Of a stretch of DNA of 64,000 bases, positions 52,677 through 61,639 are shown in pieces; positions within the stretch are counted from its first letter, which is position 1, and every line of letters begins with the position of its first letter. This DNA comes from a virus (lineage: Duplodnaviria; Caudoviricetes): the IMG/VR virus record IMGVR_UViG_3300046779_001841, positions 1 through 64,000 of that record. One strand, given 5' to 3'. The position numbers were made by a program, and so were the translations under genes. Below the pieces are notes generated by a model. That model was not told the DNA's origin. It worked only from the letters and a program-made list of their open reading frames with translations, and did no database searches.

Positions 52677-55670
52677 TCAAGTAGCAGAAAGATCACCAAA
52701 AAGATACCATTCAGTAGATGTTCTTTTAACAAGAGTTGCACCTGAATATTGACTTGCTAAAAATCTATTACTTGAAGCTGATCGTAAAGTATCTGTAGTT
52801 ATCAATACTTGAACTGTACCTGTACCATACCTAGAAATCAAGATTTGTGTTCCAACAGGGAAAGCAACAGATGAATTAGCAGGTATTGTTAAAGTCAAAT
52901 TACTTGCAGAGTTAAACTCAATCATTTTACCTTCATCACCAATAACAAGAGTATAACTTGTAGTTTGAGTATTAACAGCAACTCTAGTCGCAGTTTGAAC
53001 ATAAGCAGTCGTTGCGATCTTTGTTGAATTATCTAATGCAGTTTGTGTAGTAGCAGTTGATGTTGAAGATAGTGTAATAGCACCACTACCACTAAAAGCA
53101 ATACTACCTGTAAAAGTCTTAGTTCCTCCTATGGATTGACTACTTGAAGTATCTACTGCATCAGTTATTCCATATCCAGATAAAGTAGTAGGATTTGTTC
53201 CAGCAGTAACACGACCATAAGTATCTACTGTAACAGATTTATATGTTCCTGCAGTAGCAATACCACTTGTTAAAGCAATAGTTGGTGTAGCACCTTCACC
53301 TGTATTATTAGTTAATGTGATACCCGCACCAGCAACAAGATTTGTAACATAATCACCAGTGGTATCTGTACCTAAAGCAACACTATTACTTGCAATAGTT
53401 GCAGTTATGGTTATATCTGCACTACCATTAAAAGATGCAGATCCAGATAAATCACCACCTAAAGAAATTGTTCTTGATGTTGTTAATGTAGATGCAGAAC
53501 CACTTACCGATCCAGAAATAGTATTTGATACTGTTAAATCTGTAAAAGTTCCACTACCAAATTTAACATTACCAACAGTACCACTAAAGACTTCACTTGT
53601 ATTAGTAGCATCAGGAATAAAGGTAAAGACACTTAAACTATCATCATAACCAAAGAAACCAACTTTGGCAGAAGTACCATTATGCCATCTAAATTCAACA
53701 CCACGATCTTTATTATCATCAGTAGAAGGTGCAGTATCACCACCTAAAGTAATAATAGGATCATCTAAAGTCATTGTAGTGCTATTTACTGTAGTTGTTG
53801 TACCATTCACTGTTAAATTGCCAGTGATTGCAACATTGTCAGATAAAGTAGTCGTCCCACCTGTAGAACTGATTGTTAAATTACCTGATGAAGTAGAAAT
53901 ATTTGCATTAGCATATAAAATACTAGAAAAAGTTTTTTCACCACTAATAGATTGATTACCTGTAGTAGCAACGAAAGTAGATGTATCTAAAGACCAAGTG
54001 TTTGCACCAGTCTTTTGTAAATAACCTGTACCACCATCAGCCAAAGAAGCAATAGCATTTAAATCACCATCATATGCTTGAACATCAGTGCCAATAACAA
54101 GACTTAAATTAGTTTTAAGTGCAGAAGCATCTGCAAGACCAATAAGAGTTCTACCATAAGAAGTTAAATCGGTAGTAGTGAAAGTATCATCACCAGTGGC
54201 ATAAATCACTTTATTCGCACTTGTTGAAACACCAGCTAAAGCAGTTAATGTTGCATCTAAAGGTTGTCCATCAATGATATTATATCCAGATAAAGTAGTA
54301 GGATTTGAACCAGCAGTTACTCTACCATAAGTATCCACTGTAACAGATTGATAAGTGCCAATAGTAGCAACATTACTTTCAAGACCAATCGTGTGAATAG
54401 CACCTTCACCACTATCACCACTTAAAGAAATACCATTACCTGCAGAAATACTTGCAACATAATCACCAGTGGTATCATTACCTAAAGCAATAATAATTTC
54501 ATCAAGAGAAGTAGCAATATCAACATCAGCAGAACCATCAAAAGCAACAGAACCTGTAAGAACACCACTTAAAGAAATAGTTCTTGAATTAGTTAAAGTA
54601 TCAGCACTTTGAATAGAACCTGTAATAGTGTTGGTAACAGAAAGATCAGTAAATTCACCACCACCAAAAATAACATTTCCAGCATTACCACTAAAAACAT
54701 CATTGAGATTAGTAGCATCTTCAATAAAAATGAATTTACCTGTGCTATTGTCATAACCAAAGAAACCTATTTTAGATGCACTAGAAATAACACCAGTACC
54801 TGTTGTACCAGCTTGGGAAAGATCACCATTATATGTAAAACTTAAACCTACTGTATTAGAATCTGCACCAATTTGAGTGAAGTCAGTATTGCCTATTGTT
54901 ACGATATAGTAAGATTGACCCATGACCATAGTGTCTGGAGTAATAGCAGAAGTACCATCATGCCATCTAAATTCGATACCACGATCTTTGCTATCATTAA
55001 GTAAAGGAGGATTATCACCACCAAGAACAAAGATAGGATCATCAATAACAACAACATTGCTATTAATAGTAGCAGTTTCACCTTGAATAGTAAAATTACC
55101 AGTAATGTTAATATCACCTTCGATATTCATATTATCTTGAATAGTGATTTGACCTGTTTGGCTGGATAAGACAAGATCACCATTATGTGTACTGATACCA
55201 ATATCTGCATAAACAGTACCATCAACATGAGCGCTACCAGCAACATATAAATCACCATCAGTATTAATATCACCAGAAGCACTATCAACAGAAAAAGTAG
55301 TATTAGAATCATGTATAGTGGAAATGGAATAAGAATCTGATGTTTCACTAACAAGTTGAATATTATTTTGAGCAACAAGACCACTTAGGAAAGTAGCGAG
55401 TTGATCAAAATCTGTATCACTAAGCATAATAAGATTACCACCATTAGATGAAATATTATTAACACCAGTAATGTCATTGCCATTGAGATCAATATTTGTG
55501 ATAGGTGCAGTATTACTTAGGTTAGCAAGAGCAACTTCAAAACCACCAATGGTTGTACCATCATGTATTCTTAGTGTCTTTAAAGTGGTATCAATGGTAA
55601 GTTCACCATTTTGACCTTTATATAGATTATTTTGAGCAGTAGTGCCTTTTTTAAAAGTGACAATAGCCAT
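52677..55670 (-). CDS. Tail fibre protein (997 aa)
   Basis: Mtd/hyaluronidase-type N-terminus (FKKGT...GELTIDT...RIHDG..GG), Thr/Gly-rich shaft with an internal duplication, and a C-terminal TLTIP...FPVGTQI...WYLFGDL domain. Confidence 0.85.
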   Translation of the reverse strand: MAIVTFKKGTTAQNNLYKGQNGELTIDTTLKTLRIHDGTTIGGFEVALANLSNTAPITNIDLNGNDITGVNNISSNGGNLIMLSDTDFDQLATFLSGLVAQNNIQLVSETSDSYSISTIHDSNTTFSVDSASGDINTDGDLYVAGSAHVDGTVYADIGISTHNGDLVLSSQTGQITIQDNMNIEGDINITGNFTIQGETATINSNVVVIDDPIFVLGGDNPPLLNDSKDRGIEFRWHDGTSAITPDTMVMGQSYYIVTIGNTDFTQIGADSNTVGLSFTYNGDLSQAGTTGTGVISSASKIGFFGYDNSTGKFIFIEDATNLNDVFSGNAGNVIFGGGEFTDLSVTNTITGSIQSADTLTNSRTISLSGVLTGSVAFDGSADVDIATSLDEIIIALGNDTTGDYVASISAGNGISLSGDSGEGAIHTIGLESNVATIGTYQSVTVDTYGRVTAGSNPTTLSGYNIIDGQPLDATLTALAGVSTSANKVIYATGDDTFTTTDLTSYGRTLIGLADASALKTNLSLVIGTDVQAYDGDLNAIASLADGGTGYLQKTGANTWSLDTSTFVATTGNQSISGEKTFSSILYANANISTSSGNLTISSTGGTTTLSDNVAITGNLTVNGTTTTVNSTTMTLDDPIITLGGDTAPSTDDNKDRGVEFRWHNGTSAKVGFFGYDDSLSVFTFIPDATNTSEVFSGTVGNVKFGSGTFTDLTVSNTISGSVSGSASTLTTSRTISLGGDLSGSASFNGSADITITATIASNSVALGTDTTGDYVTNLVAGAGITLTNNTGEGATPTIALTSGIATAGTYKSVTVDTYGRVTAGTNPTTLSGYGITDAVDTSSSQSIGGTKTFTGSIAFSGSGAITLSSTSTATTQTALDNSTKIATTAYVQTATRVAVNTQTTSYTLVIGDEGKMIEFNSASNLTLTIPANSSVAFPVGTQILISRYGTGTVQVLITTDTLRSASSNRFLASQYSGATLVKRTSTEWYLFGDLSAT

Positions 55671-55727
55671 TTAGATGTCCTTGTTTGTAAAAATATGAAT
55701 ACTAAACAAGATAAACATATTTAATAT

Positions 55728-56060
55728 TTAAAGAATGGTTTTATTTATAATGAACCAAGTATTGCCAAGTGGTGATGTACTGCAAATTAAGGATGTTGAA
55801 CTATACAATCCAAGTTCAAGAGATATAACACTATTATCAATTAAAGTGTTTCCCACACCTGCTTGTACATTAAGGATGTTTGGTGTTGACCATTCTTCAA
55901 CATTTACTTTTATAATAAATAGCTTACCTATGAGATTATCATCCGATGGATTAGGTAGTGTAATTGTTGCACCATTAACAGTGACTAGATAAATAGTATC
56001 ATCTTTGGTTAGTGTGTAAGCACCACCATATTTAACAGGGTATCTAAAATATGCACTCAT
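55728..56060 (-). CDS. Small fibre-associated protein (stand-alone fibre-end module)
   Basis: YTLTKDD..Y...TITLP...GKLFIIK...WFI, similar to fibre termini. Confidence 0.7.
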   Translation of the reverse strand: MSAYFRYPVKYGGAYTLTKDDTIYLVTVNGATITLPNPSDDNLIGKLFIIKVNVEEWSTPNILNVQAGVGNTLIDNSVISLELGLYSSTSLICSTSPLGNTWFIINKTIL

Positions 56061-56116
56061 TTTTTTTCATCTCTTTGTAAATTTACTTATAAAGAAGAGA
56101 TTTTATATAAAAAATA

Positions 56117-56446
56117 TTAAACAATGATCATCCAAGTGGCAGATCCTGCATTATTTTTACCTGCAATGAACCTATGAAATCCCCAACTTGTATTGATAGT
56201 ATGTGTTGCATTACTTTCAATATTTCCACCACCAGCAACATTAATAGTGACATCATCACCACTACCACCATGTGTAGATCCTAATTTAATTGTATATGTT
56301 TGACCAATACAAGTAGATGGATTTGGTAATGTGATAGTTTGACCTGCATATGCAACATAGATAGAATCATCTAAAGTCAAGACATAGGTTGTAGTATTTG
56401 TTGCTGATTTAATGGTGTTTCTACCATTTCTAAAAAATAAAGACAT
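56117..56446 (-). CDS. Small fibre-associated protein (stand-alone fibre-end module)
   Basis: YVLTLDD.IY...TITLPNP...GQTYTIK...WMI. ATG 56446 after AAGGG. Confidence 0.7.
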   Translation of the reverse strand: MSLFFRNGRNTIKSATNTTTYVLTLDDSIYVAYAGQTITLPNPSTCIGQTYTIKLGSTHGGSGDDVTINVAGGGNIESNATHTINTSWGFHRFIAGKNNAGSATWMIIV

Positions 56447-56518
56447 ATTATTACCCTTTATGTAAAAATAATAAGACATGGGTTATAATAAGTGTAAATA
56501 TATTAAATAGTTATTAAA

Positions 56519-59500
56519 TTAAAGAACCCACCATCCAATACCATTTGCAACTAAAGTAACACTACCAAAAGCAGTAGATATTGTTAAATCATCAGTAGAT
56601 CCTTCAATCGTATTACTATGTGTGCTATTTGGATGAATTGTGATAGTACCAGTACCATCATCGATTTTCTTGATAATAACTTTATAACCGTTGTAGTCGC
56701 TATTAATATCAAAAAGATTAATCACAATCGCAGTATTACTATTGGCAACAAGATAAATCTTTTCAAATTCACCTTTAGCATTGCCTGTTAAGGTAACAGG
56801 TGTTGAAGTAGTAATGCTAGTATCAATAGGACTAGCTAAAACTAAAGGTCTAGCAGTACCTGTAGCATTATCAGCAGACCATAAAGTATTAGTATTATCC
56901 CATTTTAATTGAGCATCAGTACCACTACCTCGTTCAACAGAAATCACAGCATCTTGGTGTCCTGTAGATGTAGTATCACTATTAAGGATAATTAAAGGAT
57001 CAGAAGCACTTGTTGCTTTGTTAATAAGTAAACTGCTATCTGTTTGGATAGTGGTATCACCTTTAATAGTAGTATTACCTGTTACATTATCAATAGAGAA
57101 AGTAGTCATAGAACTTACAGGATCAGAAACTCTATTATAAATAGTCACTGGTGCATCTGTAGCAGTATAAGCCCAAGAAGTACTATCAACTAGAAGAGTA
57201 TATTTATTATCTTCACCATCAGAAGAGAAACCACCACCATAAGGCAAAACATCATTATATGTAAAACCATTATGTGCATTACTTGTAGAAACATATGCTT
57301 GGAAATCTTTATTTGGTGTAGTATCATCAGAATCTGTTCTAATAATAAAATAATAAGTTTTACTTGGATCTATAATAAAAGAAGCATTTGGAGTACCTGG
57401 AAGAGTATTTGCATAAGCAGATGCTTGATTAGCAATATATCTCTTAAAACCTAAGCTAGTATCTTCTTGAAGATGATCAAGATTTGTTAAAGGAACTACT
57501 TCTCTAGTAGCACCACCATCAGAAGAACTGAATACATAAAAATATTCATTATCTGTTTGAGATGTGGCATTATATTTAACATATAAATATAAAGTTTGAA
57601 CTACAAGATCTGCTTTGTCTTGAACAACAATATCATCTATGGTTTTTAGTGTTTTACTAAAAAGAACTTTTTCAGAACTATTAGTGGTAATAAACTTCAA
57701 ATATGAGTTAGAACCTTCAGTAATATCTAAAGCACTAGATTGGTTATCTACTAGACTAATAGTAGTCGCAAGACCTAAAGTAGAACCTGTAATAGCTAAA
57801 TTAGATAAAGCTAAAGTCCCACCTAATGCTAAATCATAAGAACCGCCAATAGAAACAGAATCATATTGAAGTTTAGCATTAGCAATAGTTCCAAGACTTG
57901 CACTTAAAGTAGAACCTGTTACTCCTAGAGTAATATAACTATCTCCAGCTACATTTAAAGTACCACCTAAAGCTAGACTATAACCATCAATATTAACAGA
58001 ATCATATTCAAGACTAGCATTAGAAACTGTACCTAAAGTTGTGTTTAATGTTACTGCACTTGTTTGATTATTAAGATCAATAGTTCCAGTAATTGCACCT
58101 GCAAGATTAATGGTCTTAGCTAAAGCAATCGCACCTGCAGAATAAACAGATAAAGTACCACCTAAAACAAGAGTACCACCATCAAGAGCAAAATCGTTAG
58201 ATAAAGCTAAAGTACCACCTAAAGCAAAATCACTAGTGCCAATATGAATAGAATCATATTGTAATTGAGCATTAGTGATTGTGCCTAAAGTAGCATTTAA
58301 AGTAACTGCACTAGACCCATTAAATGCAACAGAACCTGTTAAATCTCCACCAAGATTTAAAGTCATTGCAGTTAACCATGCAGAAGAAGTATCAGCATTA
58401 CCTATTAAGTTACCAGTAACAGATAAAGTACTCGCACCAATACCACCAATAGAATTGGCTTCTAAACTACCAAGTCTAACAGCACTATAAGTAATAGTTC
58501 CACCAGCAGTTAAGATATTACCAGAGAAATCTGAGTTTAAGCTAGTAGCAGTCGCAAAGACAAATTTATCATTAGCTTCATTCCAAAACAAACTTGCATT
58601 GTTTTCATCACCACGAGCAATAATAAAACCAGCATCATTAGTTGGTGCGCCTGTAGTACCATCAGCTAATTGAATAAGACTATCAGTCACATTAAGATTA
58701 ACAGTGTTAATAGTAGTAGTAGAACCATTAACGATAAGGCTACCTGTAACAGTTAAATCTCCACTAATAGTAGTATCTCCATTATTGCTATCAATAGTGA
58801 ATACTGTATTTAGATCTGCATCTTTAACATTGAAAGCTAAAGTTCCTCCAATAACAGATAAATCACTAAGGACTTCAACTTTTTGACTAGCAACAATCTT
58901 TTCTGCATTATCAGTAGTGACAAAATTCAAATAAGAATCATTATAGACTTTAAAATCTAAGGCTGATGCTTGATTATCAGTCATACTAATAACAGGAACA
59001 CTCAAGCTCTCTGTAACATTAAAATAACCTTGAACTTCAACATACCCAGCACCTGCATCATTACCTGCATCACCTGGATTAAGAATAATGTTTCCTGCAT
59101 TATTACCTGCTCCAAAACCAGTACCTGTTTGAAGAGTTAAATTCCCACCATTACCTGCAGTCATAGCAGAACCTGTTTGTATACCAATACTACCACCATT
59201 GCCTGTGTATGTTGAACCTGCATTAATATTAACATTACCACCTGTGCCAGTATTACCCACACCAGCAGTAATATCCACAGTACCACCATCTGTACCATTT
59301 GTAGATGTTCCTGCAAGTAAATTGATACCACCACCTGCACTATTTACAGAAGCACCAGCAGTTAGATTAATAGCACCGCCGTCACCATTTGTAGATGTTC
59401 CTGCAGTAGCGTCAAAAGAACCACCCAGACCACCATTAGAACTACCCATATCAAATACAATACTACCACCATCACCTGTACCACCTTGACCAAGAGTAAA

Positions 59501-61570
59501 AGTTATTTGACCACCATCAATAGTGCCTGATCCTGTATTAATATTTACATTACCACCATTACCACTAATAAGAGAATTGCCTGTAGTTAAAGAAAAAGCA
59601 CCACCATTAGCAGTATCGGGTCCTGCAACATTTGTACTTGCATTACCTGTGTTAAGAGTAATAGCACCACCATTACTATTGGCTTGATCGGAATTACTAT
59701 CACCTGCAGTAAGAGTGATAGCACCGCCAAGTCTAGCACCATTCATAGTAACAGTATTACCAGAAGCACCAGCAGTAATATCAATATTACCTGCATTACC
59801 ATCATTATCAGCATTAGGTGTTGTTATAACAACACTACCTACAATAGCACCAGCTATTGCACCTATTTCACCTGATGAAATATATACAGAACCGCTAGTA
59901 TTTCCTGCACCACTTCCATAACCGCCTTCAATAGTTACACTACCACCATCAGAATTAGTTCCAGTACCACCATGAATAGTTACACTACCACCACTTGTAT
60001 TACCTGTACCAGCAGTAAGACTAAAATCACCACCTTGACCATTACCACCATCGCCTAAAACAATAGTCATATCACCACCATTGCCATTATCAATACTTTG
60101 TCCTGTAGTAATAGTTAAAGCACCACCATCACCAAGAAGACCAACACCAAGAACAATATCTAAATTACCACCATGTCCTAGATCTGAACTTTGTCCTGTG
60201 GTGATACTAATACCACCTGCATCACCTTCAAGTGCATCACCAGTGATAATATCTAAATTACCACCATGTCCAAGACTAGAACTTTGACCTGTGGTTAAGC
60301 TAAAACCACCACCATTTCCTGCACTCGCCAAACCTGTTTGGATAACTAGATTACCACCATCACCTGTAGCATTGCTATTACCTGTATTGAGAGTGAAACC
60401 ACCACCATTTCCATTGTCACCTAAACCAAGACTAATAGTCATATTACCACCATGACCATTATCAATACTTTGTCCTGTAGTGATACTAATATCACCACCA
60501 TTACCACTAGTGCCACCACCTGTTTGAATAGTGAATAGACCACCATTACCTGTAGTGGTAGAATCACCAGTGGTTAAAGTCATAGAACCACCATTATCTA
60601 TTCCACCATTACCTGTTGTAAGGTCTAAATTACCACCTGCATTGTCACTATTTGTAGTTAAAGAAAGATCATTTACATTAGCTACAAAATAAGAATCACC
60701 TTTAGAAGCGATCAAAGTCCAATCAGCATTTTCAAAGGGAGGTGAATTATTATTAGCACCTACTGCATACCAAGTTTGTCCTTGATATGTAACAATATCA
60801 CCAGTTACATAATTATCTACATTTGACCAAGCACCTTGAAAATACCATACAGCATCAGCACCATTAGTACCATCTGCACCTACAACATGACCCACATTCG
60901 TTGGATTGAGTGGGTCATTAGAAAATTCAATAAGAAGGTCACCATTAAGATCAATAGTTGCAGATAAAATAGAAATACCATCAGCACCTGGTAAACCATC
61001 AGCACCAGTCGCACCATCCATACCAGGTAGACCATCAGCACCAGGCGCACCATCAGCACCTTGTAGACCATCTTGACCTTTAGCAACAATCAAAGTCCAA
61101 TCAGCACTTTCAGCAGGTGTTGAATTTGTACTTGTTTGTAATGCTAACCATGATGAACCATCATAAACAACAACATCATTTGCAACATATTCAGTAGCAC
61201 CATTCCAAGTGCCTTGATGTGTCCAAGTTGCTTCAGTAACATAAGTAGTAGTTGCAATTTGAGATACTTGAATAGCATCAGCAAGAACAACCCAGTCAGT
61301 ACCATTAGAAATGATATTGACTGTACCATAATCTTTATTGATTGTGTAATAAGTGGTTTGTTGATCTAAAGACTGAACAAGAATACCATTGGTAAAAGCA
61401 CCATTAAGTTTAATTGTATATGTTCTACCTGTTGCAGTAGTTGGATCGGGTAATAAAACAGATTGATTATCTTGTGCAAGATAAATCTCATCTGTAGCAG
61501 TTAAAATATAAGTGTTTGTATTTTCAGATACTTTCACATTATTGACATTGACATCTATTAAATATGACAT
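56519..61570 (-). CDS. Giant fibre/spike protein (1683 aa) with collagen-like, CBM5/12-like and Gly-rich beta-helix repeats
   Basis: 11 consecutive G-X-Y triplets at about 60978-61080, two GxW...Y..GDxVxYxG..W.A modules, and a long GG-x-hydrophobic-x-hydrophobic-T-x-G repeat tract at about 59050-60640. Confidence 0.85.
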   Translation of the reverse strand: MSYLIDVNVNNVKVSENTNTYILTATDEIYLAQDNQSVLLPDPTTATGRTYTIKLNGAFTNGILVQSLDQQTTYYTINKDYGTVNIISNGTDWVVLADAIQVSQIATTTYVTEATWTHQGTWNGATEYVANDVVVYDGSSWLALQTSTNSTPAESADWTLIVAKGQDGLQGADGAPGADGLPGMDGATGADGLPGADGISILSATIDLNGDLLIEFSNDPLNPTNVGHVVGADGTNGADAVWYFQGAWSNVDNYVTGDIVTYQGQTWYAVGANNNSPPFENADWTLIASKGDSYFVANVNDLSLTTNSDNAGGNLDLTTGNGGIDNGGSMTLTTGDSTTTGNGGLFTIQTGGGTSGNGGDISITTGQSIDNGHGGNMTISLGLGDNGNGGGFTLNTGNSNATGDGGNLVIQTGLASAGNGGGFSLTTGQSSSLGHGGNLDIITGDALEGDAGGISITTGQSSDLGHGGNLDIVLGVGLLGDGGALTITTGQSIDNGNGGDMTIVLGDGGNGQGGDFSLTAGTGNTSGGSVTIHGGTGTNSDGGSVTIEGGYGSGAGNTSGSVYISSGEIGAIAGAIVGSVVITTPNADNDGNAGNIDITAGASGNTVTMNGARLGGAITLTAGDSNSDQANSNGGAITLNTGNASTNVAGPDTANGGAFSLTTGNSLISGNGGNVNINTGSGTIDGGQITFTLGQGGTGDGGSIVFDMGSSNGGLGGSFDATAGTSTNGDGGAINLTAGASVNSAGGGINLLAGTSTNGTDGGTVDITAGVGNTGTGGNVNINAGSTYTGNGGSIGIQTGSAMTAGNGGNLTLQTGTGFGAGNNAGNIILNPGDAGNDAGAGYVEVQGYFNVTESLSVPVISMTDNQASALDFKVYNDSYLNFVTTDNAEKIVASQKVEVLSDLSVIGGTLAFNVKDADLNTVFTIDSNNGDTTISGDLTVTGSLIVNGSTTTINTVNLNVTDSLIQLADGTTGAPTNDAGFIIARGDENNASLFWNEANDKFVFATATSLNSDFSGNILTAGGTITYSAVRLGSLEANSIGGIGASTLSVTGNLIGNADTSSAWLTAMTLNLGGDLTGSVAFNGSSAVTLNATLGTITNAQLQYDSIHIGTSDFALGGTLALSNDFALDGGTLVLGGTLSVYSAGAIALAKTINLAGAITGTIDLNNQTSAVTLNTTLGTVSNASLEYDSVNIDGYSLALGGTLNVAGDSYITLGVTGSTLSASLGTIANAKLQYDSVSIGGSYDLALGGTLALSNLAITGSTLGLATTISLVDNQSSALDITEGSNSYLKFITTNSSEKVLFSKTLKTIDDIVVQDKADLVVQTLYLYVKYNATSQTDNEYFYVFSSSDGGATREVVPLTNLDHLQEDTSLGFKRYIANQASAYANTLPGTPNASFIIDPSKTYYFIIRTDSDDTTPNKDFQAYVSTSNAHNGFTYNDVLPYGGGFSSDGEDNKYTLLVDSTSWAYTATDAPVTIYNRVSDPVSSMTTFSIDNVTGNTTIKGDTTIQTDSSLLINKATSASDPLIILNSDTTSTGHQDAVISVERGSGTDAQLKWDNTNTLWSADNATGTARPLVLASPIDTSITTSTPVTLTGNAKGEFEKIYLVANSNTAIVINLFDINSDYNGYKVIIKKIDDGTGTITIHPNSTHSNTIEGSTDDLTISTAFGSVTLVANGIGWWVL

Positions 61571-61578
61571 TTCAAGCC

Positions 61579-61614
61579 TCTCTTGATATAAAGTTGGTCT
61601 TTCATATCAAGAGA
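61579..61614 (-). promoter_or_regulatory. Hairpin overlapping the RBS of the giant fibre gene
   Basis: TCTCTTGATAT (61579-61589) / ATATCAAGAGA (61604-61614) perfect 11-bp inverted repeat with an inner AAAG/CTTT pair. Confidence 0.45.
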
Positions 61615-61639
61615 TTTAATAAAATAAATATTGCAGAGA

